Position numbers and translations under genes: made by a program. From IMG/VR virus record IMGVR_UViG_3300047557_003487, positions 23-64,022 of that record: a stretch of DNA of 64,000 nt. One strand, given 5' to 3'. The DNA comes from a virus. Lineage: Duplodnaviria; Caudoviricetes. Of this stretch, positions 1 to 10,138 are shown one piece after another. Under the pieces are notes generated by a model. It searched no databases. It was not told the origin of the DNA and saw nothing but the letters and a program-made list of their open reading frames with translations. Numbering within the stretch: the first letter of the stretch is position 1; each line of letters starts with the position of its first letter.

Positions 1-746
1 CACGATTTGGTAATCAATTATTTTTTGTTTCGGCAACAATAGGTACTGCGATTAAAAATGGAACAGACTATGGGTTTTCAAGTCAAATGGGTCATGGTGG
101 AATCAATTATCAACAAATTTTTAAAAATGAATTACCAATAACCCAAACAATACCACAAAATAAACATTATCAAAATGGTTTTGGATATGAGGATATTATA
201 ACCCAAGATGCAGAATTGATTGGTTACTTTCAATCAGAAAGTTTTTTCAAACATTGTGAAGACGTAATTAGAAATCAGTTTGAATTGAAGACTGATATTG
301 TCGAAATGTGTCTTGAAAAATACCCAACTATCAAGGAATCCTTGACCATTCATATTAGAAGAGGTGATTACGTTGGTCAACCAAACCATCATCCAGTTGT
401 TCCTTTATCTTATTATAAAAAAATATTGGACCAAATTTCACAAAACTATAATAACATTTATGTATTCAGTGACGATATTGAATGGGTTAAACAAAACTTT
501 GTAGGGGATAAATTTATATTTCCACAATTTGATTCTAACGACGATTTGTATTGTTTTGTTCTCATGTCTTTGGCTAAAGACAATGTAATTGGTAATTCAA
601 CATACAGTTGGTGGGCTGCTTGGTTAAACAAAAACCCAAACAAAAAAGTTTACTCGCCACATTATAAACAATGGTTCGGTCTTTCGTATTCTAATTTAGA
701 CACGAAAGATTTGATACCTAAAACTTGGATACAAACCGAATACTAA
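1..746 (+). CDS. alpha-1,2-fucosyltransferase-like glycosyltransferase, GT11 family (5' partial)
   Basis: HIRRGDY motif, GYFQSE, FSDDIEW and NSTYSWWAAWL. The frame is open from base 3 (RFGNQLF, matching the GT11 N-terminal GRLGNQxF motif), so the true start lies upstream of the window. Confidence 0.88.
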   Translation, partial: RFGNQLFFVSATIGTAIKNGTDYGFSSQMGHGGINYQQIFKNELPITQTIPQNKHYQNGFGYEDIITQDAELIGYFQSESFFKHCEDVIRNQFELKTDIVEMCLEKYPTIKESLTIHIRRGDYVGQPNHHPVVPLSYYKKILDQISQNYNNIYVFSDDIEWVKQNFVGDKFIFPQFDSNDDLYCFVLMSLAKDNVIGNSTYSWWAAWLNKNPNKKVYSPHYKQWFGLSYSNLDTKDLIPKTWIQTEY

Positions 747-1384
747 TGAATCACCAAATAGTTTCATTTTACCACAAGCATTTGAATCCTGAAATAAAAG
801 AACTTCAGAAAAAAGCATTCGATAAAATCGAAGTAGAGTTAATCCAATTTGAGTTTGAAGGAACTCATGGTTCGGCAATTAAATCATTTTTAGATAATAA
901 CGATTGGGATTTAGTAACATTATTTGATGTTGATTGCATTCCTAAAGACAGAAAAGTTTTTCAAACAGTAATCGATTTAGTCGACGATAACACGATATAT
1001 GGAAATGCACAAGTATCCAACGCATATCCTTATGCTGCGCCAAGCTTCGTGTCTTTTACACGAAATCTATATGAAAATTCACCTCATAAAAATTTTGAGG
1101 GAATGTATTACCCCAACGAACACGGGAACCATGTAGAGGCTGATTGCGGAGAAGTATTTGTTAAAGAAAAATTAAGAATAGGTAAAAAACAAATTTTGAG
1201 TTATCCTATTAGTGTAATAGAACCTAAATGGAAATATAGTGGTAATGACCAATATAATGCTTTTGAATACGGTAACGGTACTCTATTCGATAATAAAACT
1301 TTCCATTGTTTTCAGATTAGGCTACCCGAAGCACAATCTATTTTTATTAATTATGTAAAAGAATTTTTAGATGAAAAAAACTAA
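746..1384 (+). CDS. putative GT-A fold glycosyltransferase
   Basis: LFDVDCIP DxD motif after a beta strand; ATG at 746 overlaps the upstream TAA; lies within a glycosyltransferase cluster. Confidence 0.55.
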   Translation: MNHQIVSFYHKHLNPEIKELQKKAFDKIEVELIQFEFEGTHGSAIKSFLDNNDWDLVTLFDVDCIPKDRKVFQTVIDLVDDNTIYGNAQVSNAYPYAAPSFVSFTRNLYENSPHKNFEGMYYPNEHGNHVEADCGEVFVKEKLRIGKKQILSYPISVIEPKWKYSGNDQYNAFEYGNGTLFDNKTFHCFQIRLPEAQSIFINYVKEFLDEKN

Positions 1385-2255
1385 ATTCATAACGTGTATA
1401 TACACAGACCTATACGGTTCAGAACTTGGTGGTAGACCAGGAAGATATAATCATTATAGATGGAGTTTGATTTCTCTTTTGAAGATGACCGATGCAGATT
1501 TTGTATGCTACACTTCAGAGAAAGAATTACCTTCTTTAGAAGATTTTTTCTACAATCAAAATAACATATCGAGAGAACAACTTCAGTTTTCCGTATATGA
1601 TATTTGGAATTGTAAGTACAAAGATTTAATCAATTCACGTAAAGATGTTGAGTTCACCAAAAACGGAGACAGATGTATTGAAATTCAATACTCAAAGTTT
1701 GCTTGGTGGTACAATGAAGATGGTTCTTATGAGAACTATTATTGGATTGATGCGGGATTGTCTCATTGTGGCTTAATTCCTGTAAAATATTTGGACCAAA
1801 TTAATTACATGAGAGGTTTTTATGAAAGCCCTTTATTCAACAATGAATTTTTGAAAAATTTAATTGAGTTTACTGGTGATAAATTCTTCTTAATAGGTAA
1901 AGAAAACAACAGAAACTTTTGGTCACAGACCGTTTCTCCTAAATGGTATACAAACTATGATAGGTCAATTCACATAATCGGAGGATTGTTTGGAGGTAAA
2001 AAGGAAAAATGGCAACCAGTTGTTGACCTATTTGAATCATACATGGAAAAAATTCTTACAGAAGATGCTGGTTTACCACATGAGGAACTTATAATGAGTT
2101 TGATGCATATAAACCACAATGAATTATTCGAAAGAAAACATTTCGATATTTGGTGGTGTCCTGATAATGCACCACAAGGTGTAACTCCTGAATTGTTCGA
2201 ACAGAATAAAAGTTTCTATAAAATATTAGAAGAACTAAATAACATTTATGAGTAA
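1371..2255 (+). CDS. HtrL/YibB (WlaTC)-like putative glycosyltransferase
   Basis: YYWIDAGL, IGGLFGG and EELIMS motifs resemble the HtrL_YibB family; paralogous to the N-terminal half of the next ORF. Confidence 0.6.
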   Translation: MKKTKFITCIYTDLYGSELGGRPGRYNHYRWSLISLLKMTDADFVCYTSEKELPSLEDFFYNQNNISREQLQFSVYDIWNCKYKDLINSRKDVEFTKNGDRCIEIQYSKFAWWYNEDGSYENYYWIDAGLSHCGLIPVKYLDQINYMRGFYESPLFNNEFLKNLIEFTGDKFFLIGKENNRNFWSQTVSPKWYTNYDRSIHIIGGLFGGKKEKWQPVVDLFESYMEKILTEDAGLPHEELIMSLMHINHNELFERKHFDIWWCPDNAPQGVTPELFEQNKSFYKILEELNNIYE

Positions 2256-3921
2256 GATTACATTAGTAACAGGGATATGGGATATTGGTAGGTCAGGTTT
2301 AACTGAAGGATGGTCAAGACCTTATCAACATTATTTGGATAAGTTCGAAAAATTATTAGAGGTTGATTGTAATTTGATAATTTTTGGTGATAAAGAACTT
2401 GAACAATTCGTGTATTCAAAAAGAGATACATCCAACACACAGTTCATCAACAGAGATTTATCTTGGTTCACAAACTCGGAGTTTTTTGAGATGATTCAGA
2501 AAATTAGAACAAACCCTGATTGGTATAATCAGGTTGGATGGTTGAAAGAGTCTACACAAGCAAGATTGGAAAACTACAATCCGTTGGTGATGTCGAAAGT
2601 TTATTTATTGCACGATGCAAAAATAATGGACAAATTCAATTCCGAGTATCTATTTTGGATTGATGGTGGTCTTACAAATACAGTACATCCTGGTTATTTC
2701 ACCCACGATAAAGTTTTAGATAAGTTAGATAAGTATATTTCAAAATTTTCATTCGTGTGTTTTCCTTATGATGCAAACACAGAAATCCATGGATTTGAAT
2801 ATGATAAATTGAATGAACTTGCGGGTGCCAAAGTAAACAAAGTTGCGCGTGGTGGATTTTTCGGTGGACCCAAGGAATCAATTTCTGAAATAAATGCTAT
2901 CTACTATGGGTTGATGAAGTCCACTCTTGCTCAGGGATATATGGGTACTGAAGAATCAATTTTTAGTATTATGTCCTACAAACACTCCGATTTAATTAAT
3001 TATTTTGAAATCGAAGGTAATGGATTATTTGGAAAGTTTTTTGAGGATTTGAAAGAGGATAGATTACAAGTTAAAAACGAAAACATTGTTAAACCATCAT
3101 ATAATTTAGATTCAAGTAAAGTTGGTCTTTATGTAATAACGTTCAATAGCCCAAATCAATTCAAAACTCTAATTGATTCAATGTTGGCATACGACAAAGA
3201 TTATATAAATAAAACAACTAAGTTTTTATTGGACAACTCGTCTGATGAGACAACTTTCAACGATTACAAAGATTTGTGTGAAAAATATGGATTTGAACAC
3301 ATCAAAAAAGACAACTTAGGTATTTGTGGTGGAAGACAATGGATTGCTGAACACTTTCAAGAAACAGACTTAGATTTCTATTTGTTTTTCGAAGATGATA
3401 TGTTCTTCTATCCAAATGAAGGAACAACATGTAGAAATGGATTTAATAGGTATGTTGAAAACCTATTTGTTAAAACTTTGGAAATAATGCAAAAAGAAAA
3501 TTTTGATTTTCTTAAGATGAATTACTCCGAATTCTACGGTGATAATGGAACTCAATGGTCTTGGTATAACGTACCTCAAAGTGTTAGGTCTGAATTTTGG
3601 CCAGGTAAACCAAGGCTTCCACAAATGGGATTAGACCCTAATGCCCCGAAAACAGAATTCAAGAAAATTTTATCTCACAAAGGTGTACCTTACGCTACAG
3701 GTGAAGTGTATTATTGTAATTGGCCTCAAGTTGTATCAAGACCAGGTAATCAAAGAATGTTTTTAGATGTTACTTGGGCACACCCTTTTGAACAAACTTG
3801 GATGAGTCACATGTATCAACTTGTTAAGAAAGGCGAATTGAACCCTGGTTTACTATTAATGACTCCGACCGAACACGACAGGTTTGAGCATTATGATGGA
3901 AAACTTCGTAAAGAGTCATAA
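2248..3921 (+). CDS. two-domain glycosyltransferase: HtrL/YibB-like plus GT2-like
   Basis: N-half ITLVTGIWDIGR, FWIDGGL, RGGFFGG, GTEESIFS; C-half VITFNSP, LDNSS, NLGICGGR, FFEDDM (GT-A). Confidence 0.68.
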   Translation: MSKITLVTGIWDIGRSGLTEGWSRPYQHYLDKFEKLLEVDCNLIIFGDKELEQFVYSKRDTSNTQFINRDLSWFTNSEFFEMIQKIRTNPDWYNQVGWLKESTQARLENYNPLVMSKVYLLHDAKIMDKFNSEYLFWIDGGLTNTVHPGYFTHDKVLDKLDKYISKFSFVCFPYDANTEIHGFEYDKLNELAGAKVNKVARGGFFGGPKESISEINAIYYGLMKSTLAQGYMGTEESIFSIMSYKHSDLINYFEIEGNGLFGKFFEDLKEDRLQVKNENIVKPSYNLDSSKVGLYVITFNSPNQFKTLIDSMLAYDKDYINKTTKFLLDNSSDETTFNDYKDLCEKYGFEHIKKDNLGICGGRQWIAEHFQETDLDFYLFFEDDMFFYPNEGTTCRNGFNRYVENLFVKTLEIMQKENFDFLKMNYSEFYGDNGTQWSWYNVPQSVRSEFWPGKPRLPQMGLDPNAPKTEFKKILSHKGVPYATGEVYYCNWPQVVSRPGNQRMFLDVTWAHPFEQTWMSHMYQLVKKGELNPGLLLMTPTEHDRFEHYDGKLRKES

Positions 3922-3937
3922 CAATATATTTATTGTT

Positions 3938-4315
3938 ATGGAATTTTATATCAAGAAAAACGCCACTCTCCCAGTATTAAAAATGCAGGTAGTAAAAGAT
4001 GGTAGGGCGGGTTATATTCAATTTATGGATGCTTTGGAAATCTCAACAATTTTTTTCACGATGATTGAGGTTGAGACTGGCATTCCAAAGATTGTGTCTG
4101 CACCATGCGAGATTGTTAACTTGATATTGGACCCAGGTGCTCCTGCTGAGTATTATATTTATTTCAAATTTTCTTCAAGGGATACAGACACAGTAGGAAG
4201 ATATCAGGGACAATTTTTGATTAAGAATGACGAAGGAAATCTGATTCTACCTATCAGAGAAGAACTTTATATTAATATCCAAGACAGTTTTATTTCTGAA
4301 ACTGCGTGTTGTTAG
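3938..4315 (+). CDS. small beta-rich virion protein (BppU N-terminal/Ig-like)
   Basis: FYIKKNATLP...DTDTVGRYQGQF...LILP pattern; ATG 3938 follows a TATTTAT motif at 3927-3933. Confidence 0.45.
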   Translation: MEFYIKKNATLPVLKMQVVKDGRAGYIQFMDALEISTIFFTMIEVETGIPKIVSAPCEIVNLILDPGAPAEYYIYFKFSSRDTDTVGRYQGQFLIKNDEGNLILPIREELYINIQDSFISETACC

Positions 4316-4347
4316 TTTGACCATCAAATAGTTTTTTTTATATTTAT
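4316..4347 (+). promoter_or_regulatory. putative promoter of the DNA polymerase gene
   Basis: TTTG(4316-4319)-N19-TATATTTA(4339-4346) resembles the Bacteroidota -33/-7 layout; also readable as TTGACC-N16-TATATT; contains the TATTTAT motif. Confidence 0.5.
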
Positions 4348-4409
4348 AGATGAATGAGAAGGTGAACTTCACGATAGTGTGAAAGCCAATAAACCACTCG
4401 TCTAAAAAT

Positions 4410-7133
4410 ATGTACACTCACGAAGAAATTGAGTCGTTCCTAACAGGAAACGACCCCGAAGAATTTATAGTTGCCATCGAGTTTGACTACGTTTCAAACT
4501 CTATCTTCAAAATCAAAGAAATTCCTGGTAAAGGAAAAGAAATCCGCAAAGACACGTTTATCCCTTTTGCTTGGGTCGGAGACCTAAGAGGTTTGAACTT
4601 CTATAATGATTCTAAAATGGCTCAGAAAGAAGCCATGACTAAGTATGGAATTGTTATTGAAAAATTGGAAACTATGGATAACGAACGCCTTCAAAACGGT
4701 TTGACCTATATGGTTAAGTCTCTTAAAGGTTATCGTGAACTTATTCAATTTTTCAGAGATGGGGGTTGTGACCCTTGGGGTGATAAAGCAAAAGAAAAGA
4801 TTTCAATTTTACCTCCCGTAGAACAATATTTAATTTCCAAAGAAAAAAGATTATTCAAAGGTTTTACGGATTATGATGAAGTGACTCGTCTTGTATTCGA
4901 CTTAGAAACTGATGCTCTTGACCCTAAAGATGGTCGAATATTCATGATTGGAATCAAAACCAACAAAGGATATCATAGGGTCATTGAGTGTCTTGATGAG
5001 TCACAAGAAAAAGGTGCGATACTTGAATTTCTGAATGTTATTGACCAAATAAAACCATCTATCATTGGTGGTTACAACTCAGCAAACTTCGACTGGCACT
5101 GGATTTTTGAGAGGGCTCAAAGACACGGAATTGATATGAGAAAAGCTGTAAAATCTTTACACCCCCAACATTCATATACAAGAAAAGATAGTATGTTAAA
5201 ACTCGCTAACGAAGTAGAGGAGTTTTTACAAACATCTATATGGGGGTACAATGTAATTGATATTATCCACGCGGTTCGTAGAGCTCAAGCAATCAACTCT
5301 AACATCAAAGCCGCGGGTCTTAAGTATATTACAAAATTTATTAACAAAGAGGCACCTGACCGTGTTTACATTGAACATACTGATATTGGTAAGTTATATA
5401 GAGAAAAAGAAGAATATTGGTTAAACACTCAAAACGGAAAATATAAGAAAGCTTCTGAGTATCAGGATTTAGATATTAAGTTTCCTGGCGTCTACATTAA
5501 AACAACAGGAGATAACTTGGTTGAGAGATATCTTGATGATGACTTGGAAGAAACTTTGGCTGTTGATAAAGAGTTCAACCAAGGTTCATTCCTACTTGCG
5601 GCAATGATTCCAACTACGTACGAGAGGGTTTCCACTATGGGTACTGCAACTCTATGGAAGATGCTTATGCTTGCATGGTCTTACAAACACAAACTCGCTA
5701 TTCCCGCTAAACAATCGAAGACAGACTTCGTAGGAGGTCTTTCCCGACTACTTAAGGTGGGTTATAGTAAGAACGTACTGAAGCTCGACTTCTCGTCTCT
5801 ATACCCTTCTATTCAGCTTGTACACGATGTTTTCCCCGACTGTGATGTGACGGGTGCGATGAAAGGTATGCTTAAGTATTTCCGTGATACCCGTATTCGA
5901 TACAAACAACTTGCCGAAGAATTCGAAAAGACTGACCCTCAGAAATCTGCGTCATATTCAAACAAACAATTACCGATTAAGATTTTCATTAACTCAATGT
6001 TCGGAGCCTTATCGGCACCTCAAGTATTTGCTTGGGGGGACATGTATATGGGGGAACAAATCACTTGTACAGGTCGTCAGTACCTTCGTCAAATGATTAA
6101 GTTCTTTATGTCTCGTGGTTACATTCCACTTGTAATGGATACGGACGGTGTAAACTTCTCAAGTCCTGACGATGCCGATACTCACCATTATGTTGGTCGT
6201 GGTTTAAATTGGAAAGTTAAAGCGGGTAAAGTTTATAAAGGACCTGAAGCAGATGTTGCAGAATACAATGATATATTCATGAGAGGAGAAATGGCTCTTG
6301 ATACAGATGGTGTTTGGCCATCATGTATAAATCTTGCCAGAAAAAATTATGCTGTTATGGATGCGAAGGGTAAGATAAAATTGACTGGCAATTCCATCAA
6401 GTCAAAAAAACTCCCTTTGTATATTGAGGAGTTTTTGGATAAAGGGGTTAAGTTATTATTGAATGGTCAGGGTAAGGAGTTCATTGAATATTATTATGAG
6501 TACCTTCAGAAAATATTTGACCAAAAAATCGCCTTGTCCAAGATTGCTCAGAGAGCTAAGGTTAAGTTGACGATGGATGATTATGTTAAAAGACTAACTC
6601 AGAAGACCAAAGCGGGAAATCAAATGTCTCGTATGGCACACATGGAGTTGGCTTTACAAGCGGGTATTGGTGTTAACCTAGGTGATGTTATTATGTATGT
6701 TAATAACGGAGTAAAGGCGTCTCACGGTGATGTTCAGAAAAAAGGTGATGGGGTACAAATCAACTGTTATATGTTGGATGCTAACATATTGGAGAATAAT
6801 CCCGATATGACTGGTGAGTACAATGTCCCAAGAGCGATTGTGACTTTCAACAAAAGAATTGAACCGTTACTCGTTTGTTTTAAACAAGATGTAAGAGACC
6901 AACTTTTAGTTACTGACCCCTCAGATAGAGGAATATTCACAACAGAACAATGTGAACTGATAAACGGAATGCCTTTTGAAGATGGGGACCAAGACAAGTT
7001 AGATGAAGACGTACTTCAAATTACTGAAGCAGAATTAAAATATTGGGAAAAAAGAGGTGTAAAACCTGATTATATCTACGACTTAGCCGAACAAGGTTGG
7101 GAAAGGAAATTAGGATTGTTTGAGTCCGTCTGA
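4410..7133 (+). CDS. polB: family B DNA polymerase with 3'-5' exonuclease domain
   Basis: ExoI FDLET, ExoII GYNSANFD; Pol motifs DFSSLYPS, KIFINSMFG, DTDG and KNYA. Confidence 0.95.
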   Translation: MYTHEEIESFLTGNDPEEFIVAIEFDYVSNSIFKIKEIPGKGKEIRKDTFIPFAWVGDLRGLNFYNDSKMAQKEAMTKYGIVIEKLETMDNERLQNGLTYMVKSLKGYRELIQFFRDGGCDPWGDKAKEKISILPPVEQYLISKEKRLFKGFTDYDEVTRLVFDLETDALDPKDGRIFMIGIKTNKGYHRVIECLDESQEKGAILEFLNVIDQIKPSIIGGYNSANFDWHWIFERAQRHGIDMRKAVKSLHPQHSYTRKDSMLKLANEVEEFLQTSIWGYNVIDIIHAVRRAQAINSNIKAAGLKYITKFINKEAPDRVYIEHTDIGKLYREKEEYWLNTQNGKYKKASEYQDLDIKFPGVYIKTTGDNLVERYLDDDLEETLAVDKEFNQGSFLLAAMIPTTYERVSTMGTATLWKMLMLAWSYKHKLAIPAKQSKTDFVGGLSRLLKVGYSKNVLKLDFSSLYPSIQLVHDVFPDCDVTGAMKGMLKYFRDTRIRYKQLAEEFEKTDPQKSASYSNKQLPIKIFINSMFGALSAPQVFAWGDMYMGEQITCTGRQYLRQMIKFFMSRGYIPLVMDTDGVNFSSPDDADTHHYVGRGLNWKVKAGKVYKGPEADVAEYNDIFMRGEMALDTDGVWPSCINLARKNYAVMDAKGKIKLTGNSIKSKKLPLYIEEFLDKGVKLLLNGQGKEFIEYYYEYLQKIFDQKIALSKIAQRAKVKLTMDDYVKRLTQKTKAGNQMSRMAHMELALQAGIGVNLGDVIMYVNNGVKASHGDVQKKGDGVQINCYMLDANILENNPDMTGEYNVPRAIVTFNKRIEPLLVCFKQDVRDQLLVTDPSDRGIFTTEQCELINGMPFEDGDQDKLDEDVLQITEAELKYWEKRGVKPDYIYDLAEQGWERKLGLFESV

Positions 7134-7445
7134 AGAAAGTATATACCAATTACCACTTACGAATTGAAATTCAACACAGGCAAATTTGTCCAAAACAATT
7201 TCATCCCATTCTTCATCAATTCTACCAACATCGGGTCTAACAGTAACTTTGGTCAAGGCTTTAACAACTACGTGGTCAGTTGTTCTTGAATCTAAAACTA
7301 AATAAGACTCGGGAATCCCTTTTACGATAATACAAAATTCACCATTGGTGCGGTAATCCAACTCAGATACTACAGAAAGTTCTGAAGTTTGGATTACATG
7401 TCCACTGATGACTTTTTTTGATGGTATAGATTTAATAATTGCCAT
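7110..7445 (-). CDS. hypothetical beta-rich protein, possibly virion-associated
   Basis: 111 aa ORF starting 1 nt after the neck gene stop; 24-bp convergent overlap with polB. Confidence 0.6.
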   Translation of the reverse strand: MAIIKSIPSKKVISGHVIQTSELSVVSELDYRTNGEFCIIVKGIPESYLVLDSRTTDHVVVKALTKVTVRPDVGRIDEEWDEIVLDKFACVEFQFVSGNWYILSSDGLKQS

Positions 7446-7446
7446 A

Positions 7447-8574
7447 TTAGATTACATATATTTGACGAGGCATTGCTCTAAACTTCATTTGTTTATTTAA
7501 GTTCTCTGCAATTAAAGCCTCTCTTTCCATTACTTTTTCAGGTCTCAATCTTGATAGCCACCCGTTTTCACCGATTAATTCCTCTAATAATTTGGTCTTT
7601 TCGTCTTTAGCTTCAGTTAAAAGACTTGTATAGTCCATCGTAATTTCTGAGTCAGGTGTTTTAAGATTACCACTATACTTACCACGAACTCTTGCTAATG
7701 TTTCTTTACAATATGCGGTAAACCATCTTCTAATCCACTGTTGACCAGGAACGTTTATATCTTCCCAACTTAAATTTTCGATTGGAACATCGGTTGGTAA
7801 TTTAATAATATCAGGATTGTTTTTCAAACAATCGGCTCTACTATCAGGTTCAACATCATAATACCAATACCAAACTGCTTTACCAGCGTAAAGACTATAG
7901 TTATTCCAATTGAATCTACCACCAGGAGTATTGTACAAATGAACTAATTTCTTACCATCAGGTAATCCTGTGATTCTGTAAGTAAGTGAACCACCTAATA
8001 TTCTATTGAGGATGTTTGCTTCTTGCATTCTAATCAGATAGTCAAAGCCAGACATCATAAAGTATGAACCTTGATATCCCATTTGAGCATATCCTGCTTC
8101 ATTAGCACCCAAACCAATACCACCAAATCCAAATCCACCAACACCACCCAATCCAAAAGCGGTCCAGGGTTGGTTACTGAACCATAATAGTTCGTTTACC
8201 TCACGACCAGCAGGAATTTCGTAATCTTGTTTGTTTTTTTCTAAAATAAAATAATCCTTTTTCAGAACCCAAGGACCTACTGTTTGTAGACCTACAATTT
8301 TTGAATATGAATACGCGAACTGTTGTTCAAAATCCATAGTTCTTGTTACAAGCGCTCTTGCAACGGATTTTTCGTTCATGTTTAAATTTACGAGGTTAAC
8401 CCATTGAGAGTCAATTAACCACTGAAGAACATATTCTTCATAGTCTCCTATAGATAACTCCATAAGAGAATCCATCATCTCATCCTCAAGTTCAACACTT
8501 CTGAGAGGTGCACCCAAGAGATGTTTGATTCTTGTGTATATCCTACTTCTTTCTGGTTCTGGTAATGCTGCCAT
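7447..8574 (-). CDS. neck/head-tail adaptor protein (T4 gp13-like)
   Basis: N-terminal LGAPLRSVEL and C-terminal WIRRWFTAYCKETLARVRGKYSG match the gp13-like pattern (LG.P...VE; W...Y..A..K...G....K.). Confidence 0.7.
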   Translation of the reverse strand: MAALPEPERSRIYTRIKHLLGAPLRSVELEDEMMDSLMELSIGDYEEYVLQWLIDSQWVNLVNLNMNEKSVARALVTRTMDFEQQFAYSYSKIVGLQTVGPWVLKKDYFILEKNKQDYEIPAGREVNELLWFSNQPWTAFGLGGVGGFGFGGIGLGANEAGYAQMGYQGSYFMMSGFDYLIRMQEANILNRILGGSLTYRITGLPDGKKLVHLYNTPGGRFNWNNYSLYAGKAVWYWYYDVEPDSRADCLKNNPDIIKLPTDVPIENLSWEDINVPGQQWIRRWFTAYCKETLARVRGKYSGNLKTPDSEITMDYTSLLTEAKDEKTKLLEELIGENGWLSRLRPEKVMEREALIAENLNKQMKFRAMPRQIYVI

Positions 8575-8593
8575 ATCTTAATAAATATTCAAT

Positions 8594-10132
8594 TTATTCT
8601 ATTTCGTGTAATAAAGAATTGATGTTAAAAACATACTGGTCTTTATCACTTATTGGGTCATTCTTGAATATAAGTATCTTATTAGTTTTTGGATTAGAGA
8701 AAATTAACCAATCAACTTTGTATGATTTAACATTTCCTGTATCCATTAACTTAATTTCGTCATCAGCGATTACAAGATTTGAAAACGGTTTAACTTGAGC
8801 GGAATATTCTGTTCCATCCAAATTAATTTTCATATCAATTCCTTTAAAGGCATCCATCTTAGCACCATGTGAACCAATCTTTTCCACTTTCGCACGACCT
8901 TCAAAATAATCTTCAATTTTTTTGTTTGCGTTGTTTTCAGATTTTTGTCCTCTATCCCAAAGTTTTTTCAAAACTCTGATGATGTTTAAAAAATCCTCAT
9001 TGTTTTTAGTAAAAATATCGTCTTTGAAATGGTCCAATGCGACTATGAATCTGGCAGTCTCTTTCGGATTCCTTTTTTCTTGTTTCCAAAAATGAAACTT
9101 TTTTTCTGGTTTACCTATATTATCAATTTGTTTGTTAACCGCTTTAACTAACAGACAGAATGCGTTGAAGTTAGTGTTCAGGTTGTTTAGTATAGACCTG
9201 CCTTCAGGCGATTCGACCCCATAAAATCCAGACATTTCTTCTGTTGTTCCATCGACCCACCATTGTGAAAATTTCTTCTTCAGAACATATGTAACTCCGT
9301 CTTGATATATTTTTTTTATTTTGAAGTTATTAATTAAATCTCTATAATAGATTACTTCTTTCGGACTACAGAATTGTGGTTCGTCAGACTCAGTCAAAAG
9401 TTTCTGAAAATTTCTAGATTCGAGAAGCTTTGTTTCCGTTTTCATTTCATACATCTTCGTAACAAAATCCCAGTTAACAACTTTCCAAAAGTTGGAAATG
9501 TATTCATCTCTTTTGTTTCTATATTTCAAGTAGTACGCATGTTCCCATAAATCTAAACCAAGTAATGGAAACCCACCACCTTCAATCACATTCATCAAAG
9601 GATTGTCTTGGTTTGGTGTGGACATTATTTTTAACGTGTTCTTAGATGTTAGAACTAACCAAACCCAACCAGAACCAAATCTTTCTTTGGCAATTGTTTC
9701 AAATTTTTTCTTGAAACTCGTGAAGGTTCCGTATTGTTTGGTTATTTTGTTGTAGAGTTCCCCTGTTAATTTTTTTGGTGTTGGGGTCAACATGTTCCAA
9801 AAAAGTGCGTGGTTAAAAGCCCCTCCTGCGTTGTTTCTTACTACTTGGTCATATCGACTTATGTTTTTAACAATTTTTTCTAAGTCTAAATCTCCGTGTT
9901 TTTTCTTTGATAGGGCTGCGTTTAATTTATCTACATAGCCCTTATAGTGTTTGTTGTAGTGGAAATTCATCGTTTCTGCATCGATAAATCCTTTGAGGGC
10001 TGAATAGGAATATGGTAGTTTTTCTATTCCAATTTTCTTCATTTCGGTAATCAACAATTGTTTCTCTGTTTCGATATGGTTTTCGGTAATTTGTTTTTCA
10101 ATTTGTTGAATCCTTTCTTCAATTTTCTTCAT
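8594..10132 (-). CDS. Fe/Mn superoxide dismutase fused to a C-terminal PD-(D/E)xK-like domain
   Basis: LPYSYSAL, HYNKHYKGY, GGAFNHALFW, FGSGWVWL, NQDNP and DLWEHAYY (all four metal ligands present); about 270 extra C-terminal residues with G..SE...D..GID...QVK. Confidence 0.88.
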   Translation of the reverse strand: MKKIEERIQQIEKQITENHIETEKQLLITEMKKIGIEKLPYSYSALKGFIDAETMNFHYNKHYKGYVDKLNAALSKKKHGDLDLEKIVKNISRYDQVVRNNAGGAFNHALFWNMLTPTPKKLTGELYNKITKQYGTFTSFKKKFETIAKERFGSGWVWLVLTSKNTLKIMSTPNQDNPLMNVIEGGGFPLLGLDLWEHAYYLKYRNKRDEYISNFWKVVNWDFVTKMYEMKTETKLLESRNFQKLLTESDEPQFCSPKEVIYYRDLINNFKIKKIYQDGVTYVLKKKFSQWWVDGTTEEMSGFYGVESPEGRSILNNLNTNFNAFCLLVKAVNKQIDNIGKPEKKFHFWKQEKRNPKETARFIVALDHFKDDIFTKNNEDFLNIIRVLKKLWDRGQKSENNANKKIEDYFEGRAKVEKIGSHGAKMDAFKGIDMKINLDGTEYSAQVKPFSNLVIADDEIKLMDTGNVKSYKVDWLIFSNPKTNKILIFKNDPISDKDQYVFNINSLLHEIE

Positions 10133-10138
10133 GTATTG

